Positions 47,278 through 57,348 of a stretch of 64,000 bases of DNA are shown in pieces. The stretch is taken from contig SVRQ01000002.1 in assembly GCA_015064725.1 (NCBI GenBank), forward strand, positions 17,972-81,971. Reading direction: 5' to 3'. Numbering within the stretch: position 1 is the first letter of the stretch; every line of letters begins with the position of its first letter. The translations under genes were made by a program, and so were the position numbers. This stretch comes from Oscillospiraceae bacterium (GTDB taxonomy: Bacteria; Bacillota; Clostridia; Oscillospirales; CAG-272). The notes beneath the pieces were generated by a model. It saw nothing but the letters and a program-made list of their open reading frames with translations. It made no database searches and had not been told where the DNA came from.

Positions 47278-49080
47278 ATGAATAATATAAAACTTACGGC
47301 AAGATCCGTGGCATATTCTTGGGATCTTATATTCAGTTCAAGCAGGTTTTTGATATTTATTGATTTTGCATTAAAGACGGTCAGGACCTCGTTTCCGCTT
47401 TTGACGGCTTTTTTGCTCAAATATATTTTGGATGCTTTGACTCACGAAGCACCTGACATTGAAAAAATATTGCTTTTTGTGCTTCTTTACGGCCTTGCCG
47501 TGGTATTGAACCGCGGCGTTGTGTCCGCGCAAAGCCTTACAAGAAGCACTATCACAAAAAAAGCACAGCACCTTTACGAATGCCGCCTTGCAGAAAAGCT
47601 TTCCGCGCTCCCTATGGGGATGCTCGATTCTTCAAAATGCAAGGATAACGTCGCGGAGGTGCGCTATACGAAAAACGTGGCAGTACAGCTTATCTTCCGC
47701 GTTACGGATACGTTATCATGCGTCTATTCGTTTGCTGTTGCTTTTGTGACGCTTGCCTCATTTTCGCTCGGATTTTCGATCATACTTTTGGTTCTTACCG
47801 TTCCGAACTGTATCTTTAACGAGTATTACTGCCGAAAAACGGATGATTTCAGGCGAGAGCACGCGCCCAATCTTCGGAAATCATTCTACTACCGCTGGAT
47901 GCTGACGGATGCCTGGCCCGCAAAGGACGTGAGGATGTATGACCTTACAGACCCTATAAAGGGAAGGTACGAGGAAGAAAAGGAACGTTATATAAAAGAA
48001 AACAAAAAGCTCGGCAAAAGGGTGTTGCGCGGAAAGCTTTTTATAGAGCTGTTCCGAAGATCGGGAGAGATGATATTTATCGCTTACGTTATCTTTAAAG
48101 CGGTAAACGGGACCATCGGCATCGGTGACGTTGCGCTCTACATCGGCTTCGCCGGAACGATAACGGACCGCTTCCAGGAGATAACGTGGTTTATCGCGGA
48201 TGCTTTTTGCTGTGTTGCGGAGTGTATGGGCAAAATGTTTGCGTTTTTTGAAGAAAAGACGGAAAATATAAACGGTGTGCGCGCGCTTTCTCGTTTTGAA
48301 TCTCTCGCTTTTGAAAACGTGTATTTTAAATATCCGCATACGGAAAAATATATACTTTCGGGCGCTTCCTTTGCGCTTGAGAGGGGTGATAAGCTTTCCA
48401 TCGTCGGCATAAACGGCTCCGGCAAATCTACCATCATAAAGCTGATGCTGGGGCTCTACACGCCCGATTCGGGAAGGATACTTATAAACGGCTATCCTAT
48501 GGAGGATTACGATATAAGAGAAGTGCGAAAGCTCTTTTCCGCGCTTTTCCAAAGCTTTGTGCAGTATCCGCTTACGCTCCGAGAGAACGTTTCGCTTTCC
48601 GCCCTTGAAAGAATGGAAAATGACGAAGAGATCGAAGCCGTGCTTTTGCAAAGCGGTATCTACGGGGATCTTCAGCCGAAGCTTGAAAAAGGTCTTGATT
48701 CCTTTATGAGCCGAAATTTCGACGATAAGGGAACGGCGCTTTCCAAGGGGCAGTGGCAGAAGATAGCGCTTTCGCGCGCATATTTCAAAAACGCACAGAT
48801 AGTTATTTTCGACGAGCCTTCCGCCGCGCTCGACGCGCAGGCGGAGGATAGAATTTTTAAAAATTTCGAGTCCATATCGGACGGCAAAACGGGCATAATG
48901 ATCTCCCACAGAATATCGGGCTCGCGTATGTCAAACAAGATAATCGTTCTGGAAAACGGCAGAATAACGGAGCAGGGCACGCACGAAGAGCTTACCTCGC
49001 TCGGCGGTATGTACGCAAGGCTCTATAACCTCCAGAAAGAGAAATATACGGCAAAGGAGGCTGATCGATATGAACAATAA
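47278..49080 (+). CDS. ABC exporter, fused permease and ATPase (subunit 1, variant LSKGQ signature)
   Basis: N-terminal TM helices. GINGSGKST, LSKGQWQKIALSRA, IFDEPSAALD, ISHR. Confidence 0.88.
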   Translation: MNNIKLTARSVAYSWDLIFSSSRFLIFIDFALKTVRTSFPLLTAFLLKYILDALTHEAPDIEKILLFVLLYGLAVVLNRGVVSAQSLTRSTITKKAQHLYECRLAEKLSALPMGMLDSSKCKDNVAEVRYTKNVAVQLIFRVTDTLSCVYSFAVAFVTLASFSLGFSIILLVLTVPNCIFNEYYCRKTDDFRREHAPNLRKSFYYRWMLTDAWPAKDVRMYDLTDPIKGRYEEEKERYIKENKKLGKRVLRGKLFIELFRRSGEMIFIAYVIFKAVNGTIGIGDVALYIGFAGTITDRFQEITWFIADAFCCVAECMGKMFAFFEEKTENINGVRALSRFESLAFENVYFKYPHTEKYILSGASFALERGDKLSIVGINGSGKSTIIKLMLGLYTPDSGRILINGYPMEDYDIREVRKLFSALFQSFVQYPLTLRENVSLSALERMENDEEIEAVLLQSGIYGDLQPKLEKGLDSFMSRNFDDKGTALSKGQWQKIALSRAYFKNAQIVIFDEPSAALDAQAEDRIFKNFESISDGKTGIMISHRISGSRMSNKIIVLENGRITEQGTHEELTSLGGMYARLYNLQKEKYTAKEADRYEQ

Positions 49081-50854
49081 AAGAGAAAATTTCTCCGGGA
49101 TCATAAAAAACGTATGGTTCGGAATAAAAATAAGCTTTCTTGCTTCAAAATTTTATTTTTCGATGAAGCTTATCATCCTTCTTTCCACAACGGCAATGCC
49201 TCTTTTAAATATCTGGCTCTGGAAAGAGGTACTCAACGGTATAACAAGCTTTGGGCAAAATGCGGAGCATATCGTCCTTTGCCTTTGCATTTACATTTTG
49301 CTCCTGCTTTCCTCGCATCTGCTTTTCAGGTTTGACAGCTACGTTGACGACCGCTATACGGATGAGCTGATATTTTATATGGAAAAAATGATGATGGAAA
49401 AAACGGCGAAAATGGACCTTTCCTTTTTCGATTCCGCAAAGATGGGCGATAAGGTGAAGCACACACGCGGCAGCTTTGTTGTTGTGATGAATATGTCGTG
49501 GGTCGTGTTCGATATAATTTCCGCCGTTATCAACGTCGCCGCAACGCTTGCCATCGTTTGCGCTTATAAATGGTGGCTGGGACTTGTAACGCTCTTGCTT
49601 CTTGTTCCGTATATGCTCTATAACAAAAAGCATACGGAGAAAAGGCTTCGTATGGAGAAGGAGCAGGTGCGCGATAACCGCAAAATGGAGTATTACCGCG
49701 ACGTGTTTTTTAACAATGACGTTCAGTTTGAGGTAAAGCTTCACAACACGGGAGATTATTTTATTGCGAAATATAAAGATCTTTGGAAAAAGCTCTACCG
49801 TATCAATAAAGCGGAGGATATAAAGCATTCCGTCCTCAACACGCTTATCACGATAGTGAACGTATCGAGCGAATTTTTGGTGCTTACTATGTCCGCGTTC
49901 GACGTATTCGGCGGTATTATCGGCATAGGAGATCTGCAATACAACCTTAGTATGGTGACGCGCCTGCGCGAGCAAGCGGGGCTTTTAACGCAGAAGATAA
50001 ACCATTTTCTGAATGATAACGCAAAGCTTTTGGAGCTGCAGGAGTTTATGGATATGGAGCCGAAGACCGAAAAAAGCGGCACGCTTAAACCTTCAAACAA
50101 CCCTAAGATAGAGTTTTGCAACGTATCCTTCCGCTATCCCAACTCGGAAGAATACGTGCTGAAAAATTGCTCCTTTGCCATAGAACCGCACGAAAAGATA
50201 GGGCTTATAGGGCTTAACGGCGCAGGAAAAAGCACTATCATAAAGCTGATGTTCCGTTTTTACGATCCCGAGGAGGGGTGCATAAAGCTTGACGGGGTGG
50301 ATATCCGGGAGTATGACGTTTACGCCGTAAGAAAAATATTCGGGGTGCTTTTCCAAGACTACGTTACTTACTGTTTGCCGCTGCGCGAGATCATTGCGCT
50401 TTCCGATTTTGGCGAGCGATTTAACGAAGAAAAACTGAAAAAGGCTTGCGACATAAGCGGCGCAAGCGACGTTATAAAGGATTGGGAGGACGGGTTTGAC
50501 AGCGTGCTGGGCAGAAATTACGCCGACAACGGCAAGGACCTTTCGGGCGGTCAATGGCAGCTCGTTGGGCTTGCGCGCGCTTACTTCAAGGATAGCGAAT
50601 ATATGATACTTGACGAGCCCTCCGCCGCGCTCGACCCGATCTCGGAGGACAGGATATTTGAAAAGCTCTATCGCCTGAGCGAGGGCAAAAGTTCCGTTAC
50701 GATATCGCACAGGCTCTCCAACACGACCCTTGCCGATAAGATCCTCGTTATCGGCGACGGGCATATCGTGGAACAGGGCTCTCACTTTGAGCTTTTGAAG
50801 CAGAACGGAAAGTATGCGGAGCTCTTTAGGCTGCAGGCAAGCAAATATGTATAA
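49070..50854 (+). CDS. ABC exporter, fused permease and ATPase (subunit 2)
   Basis: TM helices. GLNGAGKST, LSGGQWQ, ILDEPSAALD, ISHRLS. Confidence 0.88.
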   Translation: MNNKRENFSGIIKNVWFGIKISFLASKFYFSMKLIILLSTTAMPLLNIWLWKEVLNGITSFGQNAEHIVLCLCIYILLLLSSHLLFRFDSYVDDRYTDELIFYMEKMMMEKTAKMDLSFFDSAKMGDKVKHTRGSFVVVMNMSWVVFDIISAVINVAATLAIVCAYKWWLGLVTLLLLVPYMLYNKKHTEKRLRMEKEQVRDNRKMEYYRDVFFNNDVQFEVKLHNTGDYFIAKYKDLWKKLYRINKAEDIKHSVLNTLITIVNVSSEFLVLTMSAFDVFGGIIGIGDLQYNLSMVTRLREQAGLLTQKINHFLNDNAKLLELQEFMDMEPKTEKSGTLKPSNNPKIEFCNVSFRYPNSEEYVLKNCSFAIEPHEKIGLIGLNGAGKSTIIKLMFRFYDPEEGCIKLDGVDIREYDVYAVRKIFGVLFQDYVTYCLPLREIIALSDFGERFNEEKLKKACDISGASDVIKDWEDGFDSVLGRNYADNGKDLSGGQWQLVGLARAYFKDSEYMILDEPSAALDPISEDRIFEKLYRLSEGKSSVTISHRLSNTTLADKILVIGDGHIVEQGSHFELLKQNGKYAELFRLQASKYV

Positions 50855-50964
50855 TAAAGCAAAAAGAACACCTCCGTGGTGTTCTTTTTGCTTTTAAATA
50901 TTGAATAACACGCTGTTTTGCGATATAATTAAAGTATATAAACGATATTAAGAAGGGAAAGCAT

Positions 50965-51540
50965 ATGACAGAGCTTGAAAAGATAGAATATGCAAGGTCT
51001 TTTATAGATAAGCTTGCAAACGGCATAAATCCGCTGGACGGCTCTCCTGTTCCCGAGGGGGATATTGTAAACAACGTGCGCTTGTCGCGCTGTTTCTTCT
51101 ACGTTTCGGATATACTTCGCAGAGTCATTGAAAATGGCGGAACGGAGGATAGAAAGAGGGAGATCAGACCCAAAACGCGCAGGGCTTCTTTTGCGCTTCC
51201 GCCGGAGGCGCGCGGAAGATTTCAAATATCGCAGACACCCATTTCCGTAAGCGAAATAGCAAATCACATCAATTCCTTTATCAATGCCGAGGAGATGAGA
51301 AGGCTTTCTGCCGCCACGATAAGCAATTGGCTTCTCGGCGCCGGGCTTTTGGAGGTCGTGAGCATACCGAACGGAAGCCGCAGAAAGGTTCCGACGCACG
51401 AGGGCGGCTTGCTTGGCATCATCACGGAGGAAAGAAACGGTCAGTACGGAACTTACCTTGCCGTGCTTTTCAAGCCGCAGGCACAGCAGTTTATCTATGA
51501 CAATATAGATGCAATAATCGGATCTAAAAATAATAAATAA
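50965..51540 (+). CDS. Hypothetical protein
   Basis: Own RBS (aaggga) and an intact 191-aa ORF. No family recognised with confidence. Confidence 0.65.
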   Translation: MTELEKIEYARSFIDKLANGINPLDGSPVPEGDIVNNVRLSRCFFYVSDILRRVIENGGTEDRKREIRPKTRRASFALPPEARGRFQISQTPISVSEIANHINSFINAEEMRRLSAATISNWLLGAGLLEVVSIPNGSRRKVPTHEGGLLGIITEERNGQYGTYLAVLFKPQAQQFIYDNIDAIIGSKNNK

Positions 51541-51565
51541 AATATAGATAAGGGGCAAAAATATA

Positions 51566-52420
51566 ATGAACAAGCTTAAACAAAGCCGCGCGGCAAGCTT
51601 TGCCGTTGTTGCGATCGTATATGTTATCGCGGCGGCTGTGGGCATAATTACTTACCGTGCGCTCGATCTTGCGTGGTGGGCATCTCTTCTTATTGCCGAT
51701 ATCGCCGCAACAGCCGCAACGTTTATTTTCAGCGTTATCTTCGGCAACGCTTCCGTTTACGACCCGTATTGGAGCGTTCAGCCGCCGTTTATACTCGCCG
51801 CGTTTGCGCTCGGAAAGCCGCTTACGCCTTTTGGTGTGCTTCTCCTTATCGCAGTATCATTTTGGGCGGTACGCTTAACGGCGAATTGGGCATATACCTT
51901 CGGCGGACTTTACCATCAGGATTGGCGTTATACTATGCTTAAAGAAAAAACGGGCGTATTTTACCCCTTTATCAATTTTGCCGGCATACATATGGTTCCG
52001 ACGCTCGTTGTGTATGGCTGCATACTTCCTGCCGTGTATGCCGTGGTACATTCTGTTGAGGCAAATATTTGGAGCGTGTTGCTTGTACTCCTTTCCGTTT
52101 GTGCGGCGGCTATGCAGGGAATTGCCGATATAGAAATGAACAGGTTCCGTAAAAATAAAAGCGGCGCTTTTATACGCGATGGGCTTTGGAAATATTCGCG
52201 CCATCCAAACTACCTTGGAGAAATACTTATGTGGTGGGGCGTGGGACTTTCCGTTGTATGCGCATCCCCCGATGCTTGGTATCTTGCCTTCGGCGCGCTT
52301 GCAAACACCGTGCTTTTCCTTGCCGTCAGCATACCTATGGCGGATGGCAGACAATCCCGAAAGGAAGGCTTTGCGGAGTATAAGAAGCAGACGAGAATGC
52401 TTCTCCCGATAAAAAAATAA
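51566..52420 (+). CDS. DUF1295 membrane protein (steroid 5-alpha-reductase/ICMT-like)
   Basis: NASVYDPYWS, WAVRLT, QDWRY, AD.EM..FR, GLWKYSRHPNYLGE...WWG, Y...T..L.P. Confidence 0.82.
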   Translation: MNKLKQSRAASFAVVAIVYVIAAAVGIITYRALDLAWWASLLIADIAATAATFIFSVIFGNASVYDPYWSVQPPFILAAFALGKPLTPFGVLLLIAVSFWAVRLTANWAYTFGGLYHQDWRYTMLKEKTGVFYPFINFAGIHMVPTLVVYGCILPAVYAVVHSVEANIWSVLLVLLSVCAAAMQGIADIEMNRFRKNKSGAFIRDGLWKYSRHPNYLGEILMWWGVGLSVVCASPDAWYLAFGALANTVLFLAVSIPMADGRQSRKEGFAEYKKQTRMLLPIKK

Positions 52421-52450
52421 CTGTGTAAAATAACCGTAAGGGGAAAATAT

Positions 52451-53197
52451 ATGAGTTTTTTTGCCGATAAACGAAAAAGAAAAATATTTATTGCCGCGGC
52501 GGCATCGCTTCTTGCCGTGTTGACGCTCTTTTTCGCGTGTGCCGTTTACCTTGGAGATTACTACCGCGCAGATAATAATGCGATAGGTGCTTTCCTGCCG
52601 CAGGGCGCAAGCTGGAAGGAAGAGCCGAACGGCACGATAGTTTTTGAGCCGGAGGGTGCGGAGAAGGGATTTATTTTTTACCCGGGCGGCAAGGTAGAGC
52701 ATACGGCTTATATACCTTTGATGCAATACTGCGCGCAGAGGGGTATATTGTGTGTGCTTTTGGAAATGCCGTTCAACCTTGCGGTATTTGACGTGAATGC
52801 CGCAGACGGAATTTCGGGTGAATATCCGTATATCGAAGAATGGTATATAGGCGGACATTCGCTGGGCGGGTCTATGGCGGCGTCTTACCTTGCGGATAAT
52901 GCCGATAAATACGCAGGGCTTATATTGCTCGGCTCGTATTCCACGGCAGACCTTTCGGACACGGAGCTTGACGTGCTTTCCATATACGGAAGCGAGGACG
53001 GCGTGATGAACCGCGAAAAATACGAAGCGAACAAAGCAAATCTGCCCAAAGACTTCAGGCAGGTCGTTATCGACGGCGGATGCCACGCATATTTTGGTAT
53101 GTACGGCGCACAGGACGGCGACGGCACACCCACTATCAGCAATGCGGAGCAGATACGCTTTACTGCGGAAAGCATACTTGAAATGATGAAGGAATAA
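52451..53197 (+). CDS. Membrane-anchored alpha/beta hydrolase
   Basis: N-terminal TM, FYPGGKV, GGHSLGG nucleophile elbow, GSEDGV, GGCHAYFG. Confidence 0.85.
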   Translation: MSFFADKRKRKIFIAAAASLLAVLTLFFACAVYLGDYYRADNNAIGAFLPQGASWKEEPNGTIVFEPEGAEKGFIFYPGGKVEHTAYIPLMQYCAQRGILCVLLEMPFNLAVFDVNAADGISGEYPYIEEWYIGGHSLGGSMAASYLADNADKYAGLILLGSYSTADLSDTELDVLSIYGSEDGVMNREKYEANKANLPKDFRQVVIDGGCHAYFGMYGAQDGDGTPTISNAEQIRFTAESILEMMKE

Positions 53198-53198
53198 T

Positions 53199-53681
53199 AT
53201 GAACGACAAAAAATTCCGATTTGCGACAAAAAACGACATAGCTCTTATCTTGCGCTTTATAAAGGAGCTTGCCGCATATGAAAAAATGTCCGATCAAGTA
53301 GTGGCGGACGAAAATTTGCTGCTTGAATGGATATTTGAAAAGAAGAAAGCGGAGGTCATCTTTGCCTTGGAGGACGGAAAAGAGGTTGGCTTTGCATTGT
53401 TTTTCCACAATTTTTCCACGTTCCTCGGCAGGGCGGGGATATACCTTGAGGACCTTTTCGTAATGCCCGAATACAGAGGGCGCGGCCACGGCAAGGGGAT
53501 TCTGCGCGAGCTTGCGCGTATTGCCGTGGAGCGAGGCTGCGGCAGGCTTGAATGGTGGTGCCTTGATTGGAATAAGCCGAGCATAGATTTTTATCTTTCC
53601 CTCGGTGCGGAGCAGATGAACGAATGGACAACGTACCGCTTTTCGGGCGAAGGTCTTACGGCTCTTGCGAATATGGAGTAA
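53199..53681 (+). CDS. GNAT acetyltransferase (diamine/spermidine N-acetyltransferase-like)
   Basis: IKELAAYEK, FSTFLGRAGIYLEDLFV.PEYRGRGHG, LDWNKPSIDFY. Confidence 0.88.
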   Translation: MNDKKFRFATKNDIALILRFIKELAAYEKMSDQVVADENLLLEWIFEKKKAEVIFALEDGKEVGFALFFHNFSTFLGRAGIYLEDLFVMPEYRGRGHGKGILRELARIAVERGCGRLEWWCLDWNKPSIDFYLSLGAEQMNEWTTYRFSGEGLTALANME

Positions 53682-53711
53682 ATATTTATAAAACGAGAGA
53701 GGGGAAAGGGT

Positions 53712-53975
53712 ATGGAAAAAAGAACGATGGGGACTGTTATTTCCGTAAAAAAACAATGGTGGATAAAGGTGAATACAAAGCCCTTCAGAAAGCACGCTTT
53801 GGATGGAGCTGTTTTCCCGCATATCGTCAAGGTAAGATACGTCGTGAACGGAACTGAGATAATAAAAAGAAAATGGCTTGGCGCAAGTGTGACCCCGCCG
53901 TGTGTAAACGAAAAGGTTACGGTAATTTATCAAGAGGATAAGCCGACAAAATGCAAGCTTGGACTTTATCGTTGA
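53712..53975 (+). CDS. Hypothetical small basic protein
   Basis: Purine-rich RBS region and an 87-aa ORF in operon orientation. Confidence 0.55.
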   Translation: MEKRTMGTVISVKKQWWIKVNTKPFRKHALDGAVFPHIVKVRYVVNGTEIIKRKWLGASVTPPCVNEKVTVIYQEDKPTKCKLGLYR

Positions 53976-54064
53976 TTGTAAGATTACGGATATTATTTTT
54001 ATAGAAAGATCGCAAGCAAATGTCTTTTTTGACTTTCTTATAAGTATTGAAACGGAGAAAAACA

Positions 54065-55159
54065 ATGTTTGAACTTACAAATGAACAAAGAAAGTGTTTT
54101 GCTATCCCTCCTGTGCAGAGCACTTGGAAAAGAGTTGAGGTTAAGGCGGGTCCGTATGATGACCACGTTACTTTTGCCTATTTGGACGGGAGAAAAATCG
54201 TTAAAGTCATTCAGATATCCGAAAATGCGGGGAAATGGTTGTATAATGAATATGGAGTTGACCAGATGCTTTCCGAGGATGGTTTAAAAATACTTCCTAA
54301 GACCGAAAAAGGAAAAGCGCAGAATTTCACAGCACCAAACCTTACTAAAAAAACGCCTGTCGGAATGGGACTTCATTTCCGATGCGGATATATAGATATA
54401 TATAATAATACAACGGATCAATGTTATTATAGAGTGAATTATGAAGATCTAAAAGTTTACAATCTTTCGGAATTTTGCGATTGGGTCAAAGATTGGTGCA
54501 AAAACACAGGCGAAAAAGAACTTTTGGAGATAGAGGAATTTTCCAAGCGCAGAAGGATACACCAAAAATTTCGAGAAGGCGATTTTTTCAGATACAGAAT
54601 AAAGCGTAATCTTTACGGTTATGGACGAATTCTTGTTGACTATGAAAAAATGAGGAAAGAGGGGGTTCCTTTTTGGAATGTATTTATGGGTAAGCCACTT
54701 TGCGTGGCGGTTTATCACATTGCTACCGAAAATGCTGATATGCCCGTTGAAAAGCTTGCACACTTGAAAATGCTGCCTTCACAAATGATAATGGACAATA
54801 TTTTTTATTACGGAGAGTGCGAGATAATAGGAAATATGCCAATTATGCCCGATGAAGAGAATTATACTATCCATTACGGTGGGAGCGTTGATGCACGTAC
54901 TCCCAATCTTGTGTGTTACCAGTGCGGCAAGACCTACGTTGCTCTTCAAGATGAAAAATTGCTATATGATAATTTCCGAAAACAATCGATTAGTTGGGAT
55001 TTGGATGTTAAGCTTCCGATATTGCTTGAATGTATAAAAAATGATTCCAATGAGCCATATTGGGAACTGATACGGCGGTGGAGAGCAAATGAAGACCTTA
55101 GAAATCCAAAATTTAAGGAAGAACTTAAAAATATAAAAGAGCAAATGGGAGTAAAATAA
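54065..55159 (+). CDS. Protein with Imm26-like immunity domain
   Basis: FREGDFF.....NLYGYGRIL motif typical of Imm26. AT-rich. Confidence 0.55.
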   Translation: MFELTNEQRKCFAIPPVQSTWKRVEVKAGPYDDHVTFAYLDGRKIVKVIQISENAGKWLYNEYGVDQMLSEDGLKILPKTEKGKAQNFTAPNLTKKTPVGMGLHFRCGYIDIYNNTTDQCYYRVNYEDLKVYNLSEFCDWVKDWCKNTGEKELLEIEEFSKRRRIHQKFREGDFFRYRIKRNLYGYGRILVDYEKMRKEGVPFWNVFMGKPLCVAVYHIATENADMPVEKLAHLKMLPSQMIMDNIFYYGECEIIGNMPIMPDEENYTIHYGGSVDARTPNLVCYQCGKTYVALQDEKLLYDNFRKQSISWDLDVKLPILLECIKNDSNEPYWELIRRWRANEDLRNPKFKEELKNIKEQMGVK

Positions 55160-55373
55160 AACGAAAAATAAGCATTATAAACAAAATATTTGCCCAAACG
55201 CGCGGAGTTACCTATAAGAACAAAGTTGACTTCGTCAACCAAAAACGCCCTTAAAAGGGCGTTTTTGTATAAGGAAAACTTTGTTTGAACAAGCAAAATT
55301 GCGCACTTTCTACGCGCAATTTCCTATGTTATAAAAAAATCGGAGGTTATTTTTAACCTCCGATTTTATTTTA

Positions 55374-56501
55374 TTAGTTGTTTTTCTTTTTTGTTTTAAA
55401 TTCGTCCTCGTCGGTAACGTACTCGCCCGCATCGTAAAGCTCGCCGTCATCATCGCCGTATCCGCCTGCTTTGCCGAATTTTCCTGCGGGGGGCGCGGGA
55501 ACTGCGTCAATGGGCTCTGCCTCTTCTTCCTCTTCGGACTCGTCATCGTAATAGGGATCTATCATATATTTTTTCATCTGCGGGTAAGCAACGTACGTTG
55601 CGGTAAAAGTAGCCGCACCGAATACGAACACGAGCAGCAATATAACTCCGATGGGGGTATAGACAGCGGCAAACACCATTGTGATGAATGCGATGAGGGC
55701 GATGCCGAGAAACGCCAAGAAGTTTTTGCCGAAGCAGAGAATGGCAAAAATAAAGCTGTTTTTGATAACCTTGAAGAAGCTCTGCTTGAACGTGACCATT
55801 ATCATATACATATAGAATCGCATAAATAAATATATCACCAACGTCACAAGGGAGCAGAAAAAGAGGATATACTGTGTTGAATAATTGAGATAGTAGGAAT
55901 ACGTTGCGAAAGCGCAAAGACCGAGCACAACAGCATCGAAAATGCCCATAGGGATAGCCATTTTCCAATTTCTCTTTATCGCGCCGAAGAAATCGTCAAA
56001 GAGGAAAATCGGTTCGCCCTTAACTACGTTACGCATAACGTATGCGCATCCCGTGTTTACAAGGCCGAAGGTGAATATAAGTAAGAGCGAAAGCGCATAC
56101 AGTATCTTCACAAACAGGCTGTCCGCGCCAATGGGGACGGGAAAGCTTGCGCTAAGCCCATGTATGCCCGCAACGGGCAGAAGCGAAGCAGTATCCGCGC
56201 CTGCCGCGGAAAGCCCGTACAAAACGGAAGCCATTTCGCTTGTGGGGAGCACTGCCTGGCGGCTTAAGTTGCCGCTTATTGCTAGTATAAAGAAGAAAAT
56301 GGGGAAGTTGCCTGCGATATAGAAAAGGTTTGTGTTAACTATATAGCGGAACTTTCTGCCGAAGAGCTTGAAATAGTTTTCAAAGTTGTAATTTTTGATA
56401 ACGTCTCTTTTTCGTACACCGCGTCCGTTGCGCCCGTACATCCAGTTGTAGATATTAAATCGTTTTTTCTTGTTTTCGTTGTTTTTGTTGTCGCCGTTCA
56501 A
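55374..56501 (-). CDS. DUF624 (YesL-like) membrane protein
   Basis: Multiple TM helices. TFG....G..YV.RN.V.GEP.F...DFF.A.K.NWK, KNSFIFA. Acidic C-terminal tail. Confidence 0.65.
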   Translation of the reverse strand: MNGDNKNNENKKKRFNIYNWMYGRNGRGVRKRDVIKNYNFENYFKLFGRKFRYIVNTNLFYIAGNFPIFFFILAISGNLSRQAVLPTSEMASVLYGLSAAGADTASLLPVAGIHGLSASFPVPIGADSLFVKILYALSLLLIFTFGLVNTGCAYVMRNVVKGEPIFLFDDFFGAIKRNWKMAIPMGIFDAVVLGLCAFATYSYYLNYSTQYILFFCSLVTLVIYLFMRFYMYMIMVTFKQSFFKVIKNSFIFAILCFGKNFLAFLGIALIAFITMVFAAVYTPIGVILLLVFVFGAATFTATYVAYPQMKKYMIDPYYDDESEEEEEAEPIDAVPAPPAGKFGKAGGYGDDDGELYDAGEYVTDEDEFKTKKKNN

Positions 56502-56521
56502 AATAATATCCTCCGAGAAAT

Positions 56522-57110
56522 TTATTGTTGTTCATCGTTTACTGACGCGAGGTCGTCGCACCAGCTTTCGGCAAGGTAGTTTATATCCCCCGAAAGCAGC
56601 GCCATCATACCGCGGTAGATAAATTCGCTGCGCTCGTCAAAGTTGATGAGCATTCGCTCCGCTTGCTTTCTGGAATCGAGCAGGAGCTTTGTTTCCATAT
56701 AAACGCCGTCCTGCCCGGAAACGGAGCAGGTAAATGTGTATCTTCCCGCGCCGGCTTCGTCGATGGAAGCGCGCGGTGTAAGGCCGCGCGTGCGGAACGA
56801 GATGAGCTGGAGCGCGGAGCGCACGGCGTGGTCAAGTATTTCGGGAAGTATGGCATCCTTCATAGTTTGCGCCGTATCGCGTCCCTTGGGTGTTATGCGG
56901 ACCTTTTCACTGCCGTCATCGTTTTTTTCAACGGTGATGGCTTTTATTTTTTGCAGTTCGTAAAATTCGTCCATAAAGTCGAAGGTATTTATAAATTCGT
57001 CCTGAACGCAAATATCGTGGAGCGTTACAAAATCCAGCGGACGCTCTACTCTTGAAAGCAGGTACAGTATAAAGATCTTGATATCGGACTTTTCGGTAAG
57101 CCGCAATGCC
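56522..57110 (-). CDS. DUF4364 family winged-helix protein
   Basis: KIFILYLL..V..PL....L, INTFDF.....EL, ITPKG. Confidence 0.65.
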
Positions 57111-57348
57111 ATTTTTGTTCCCCCGTGATAAATTTCAAATGTGATAATATCAGTTTAACACACTTTTTGCTGAAAGTATAGATAAGAAATAAAAAAATAT
57201 AAATATTTACAAATTTTTTTTGCAAAAAATGCGATAGTGTGATAAAATAAATTATAAGGAGGACTTCTTATGGAAAACAAGAAGTTCAAAAAAATTTAGT
57301 TTATTGTTGACGGTGGTTTGCCCTCTGCTACCCCATAAGGAGGTACAT

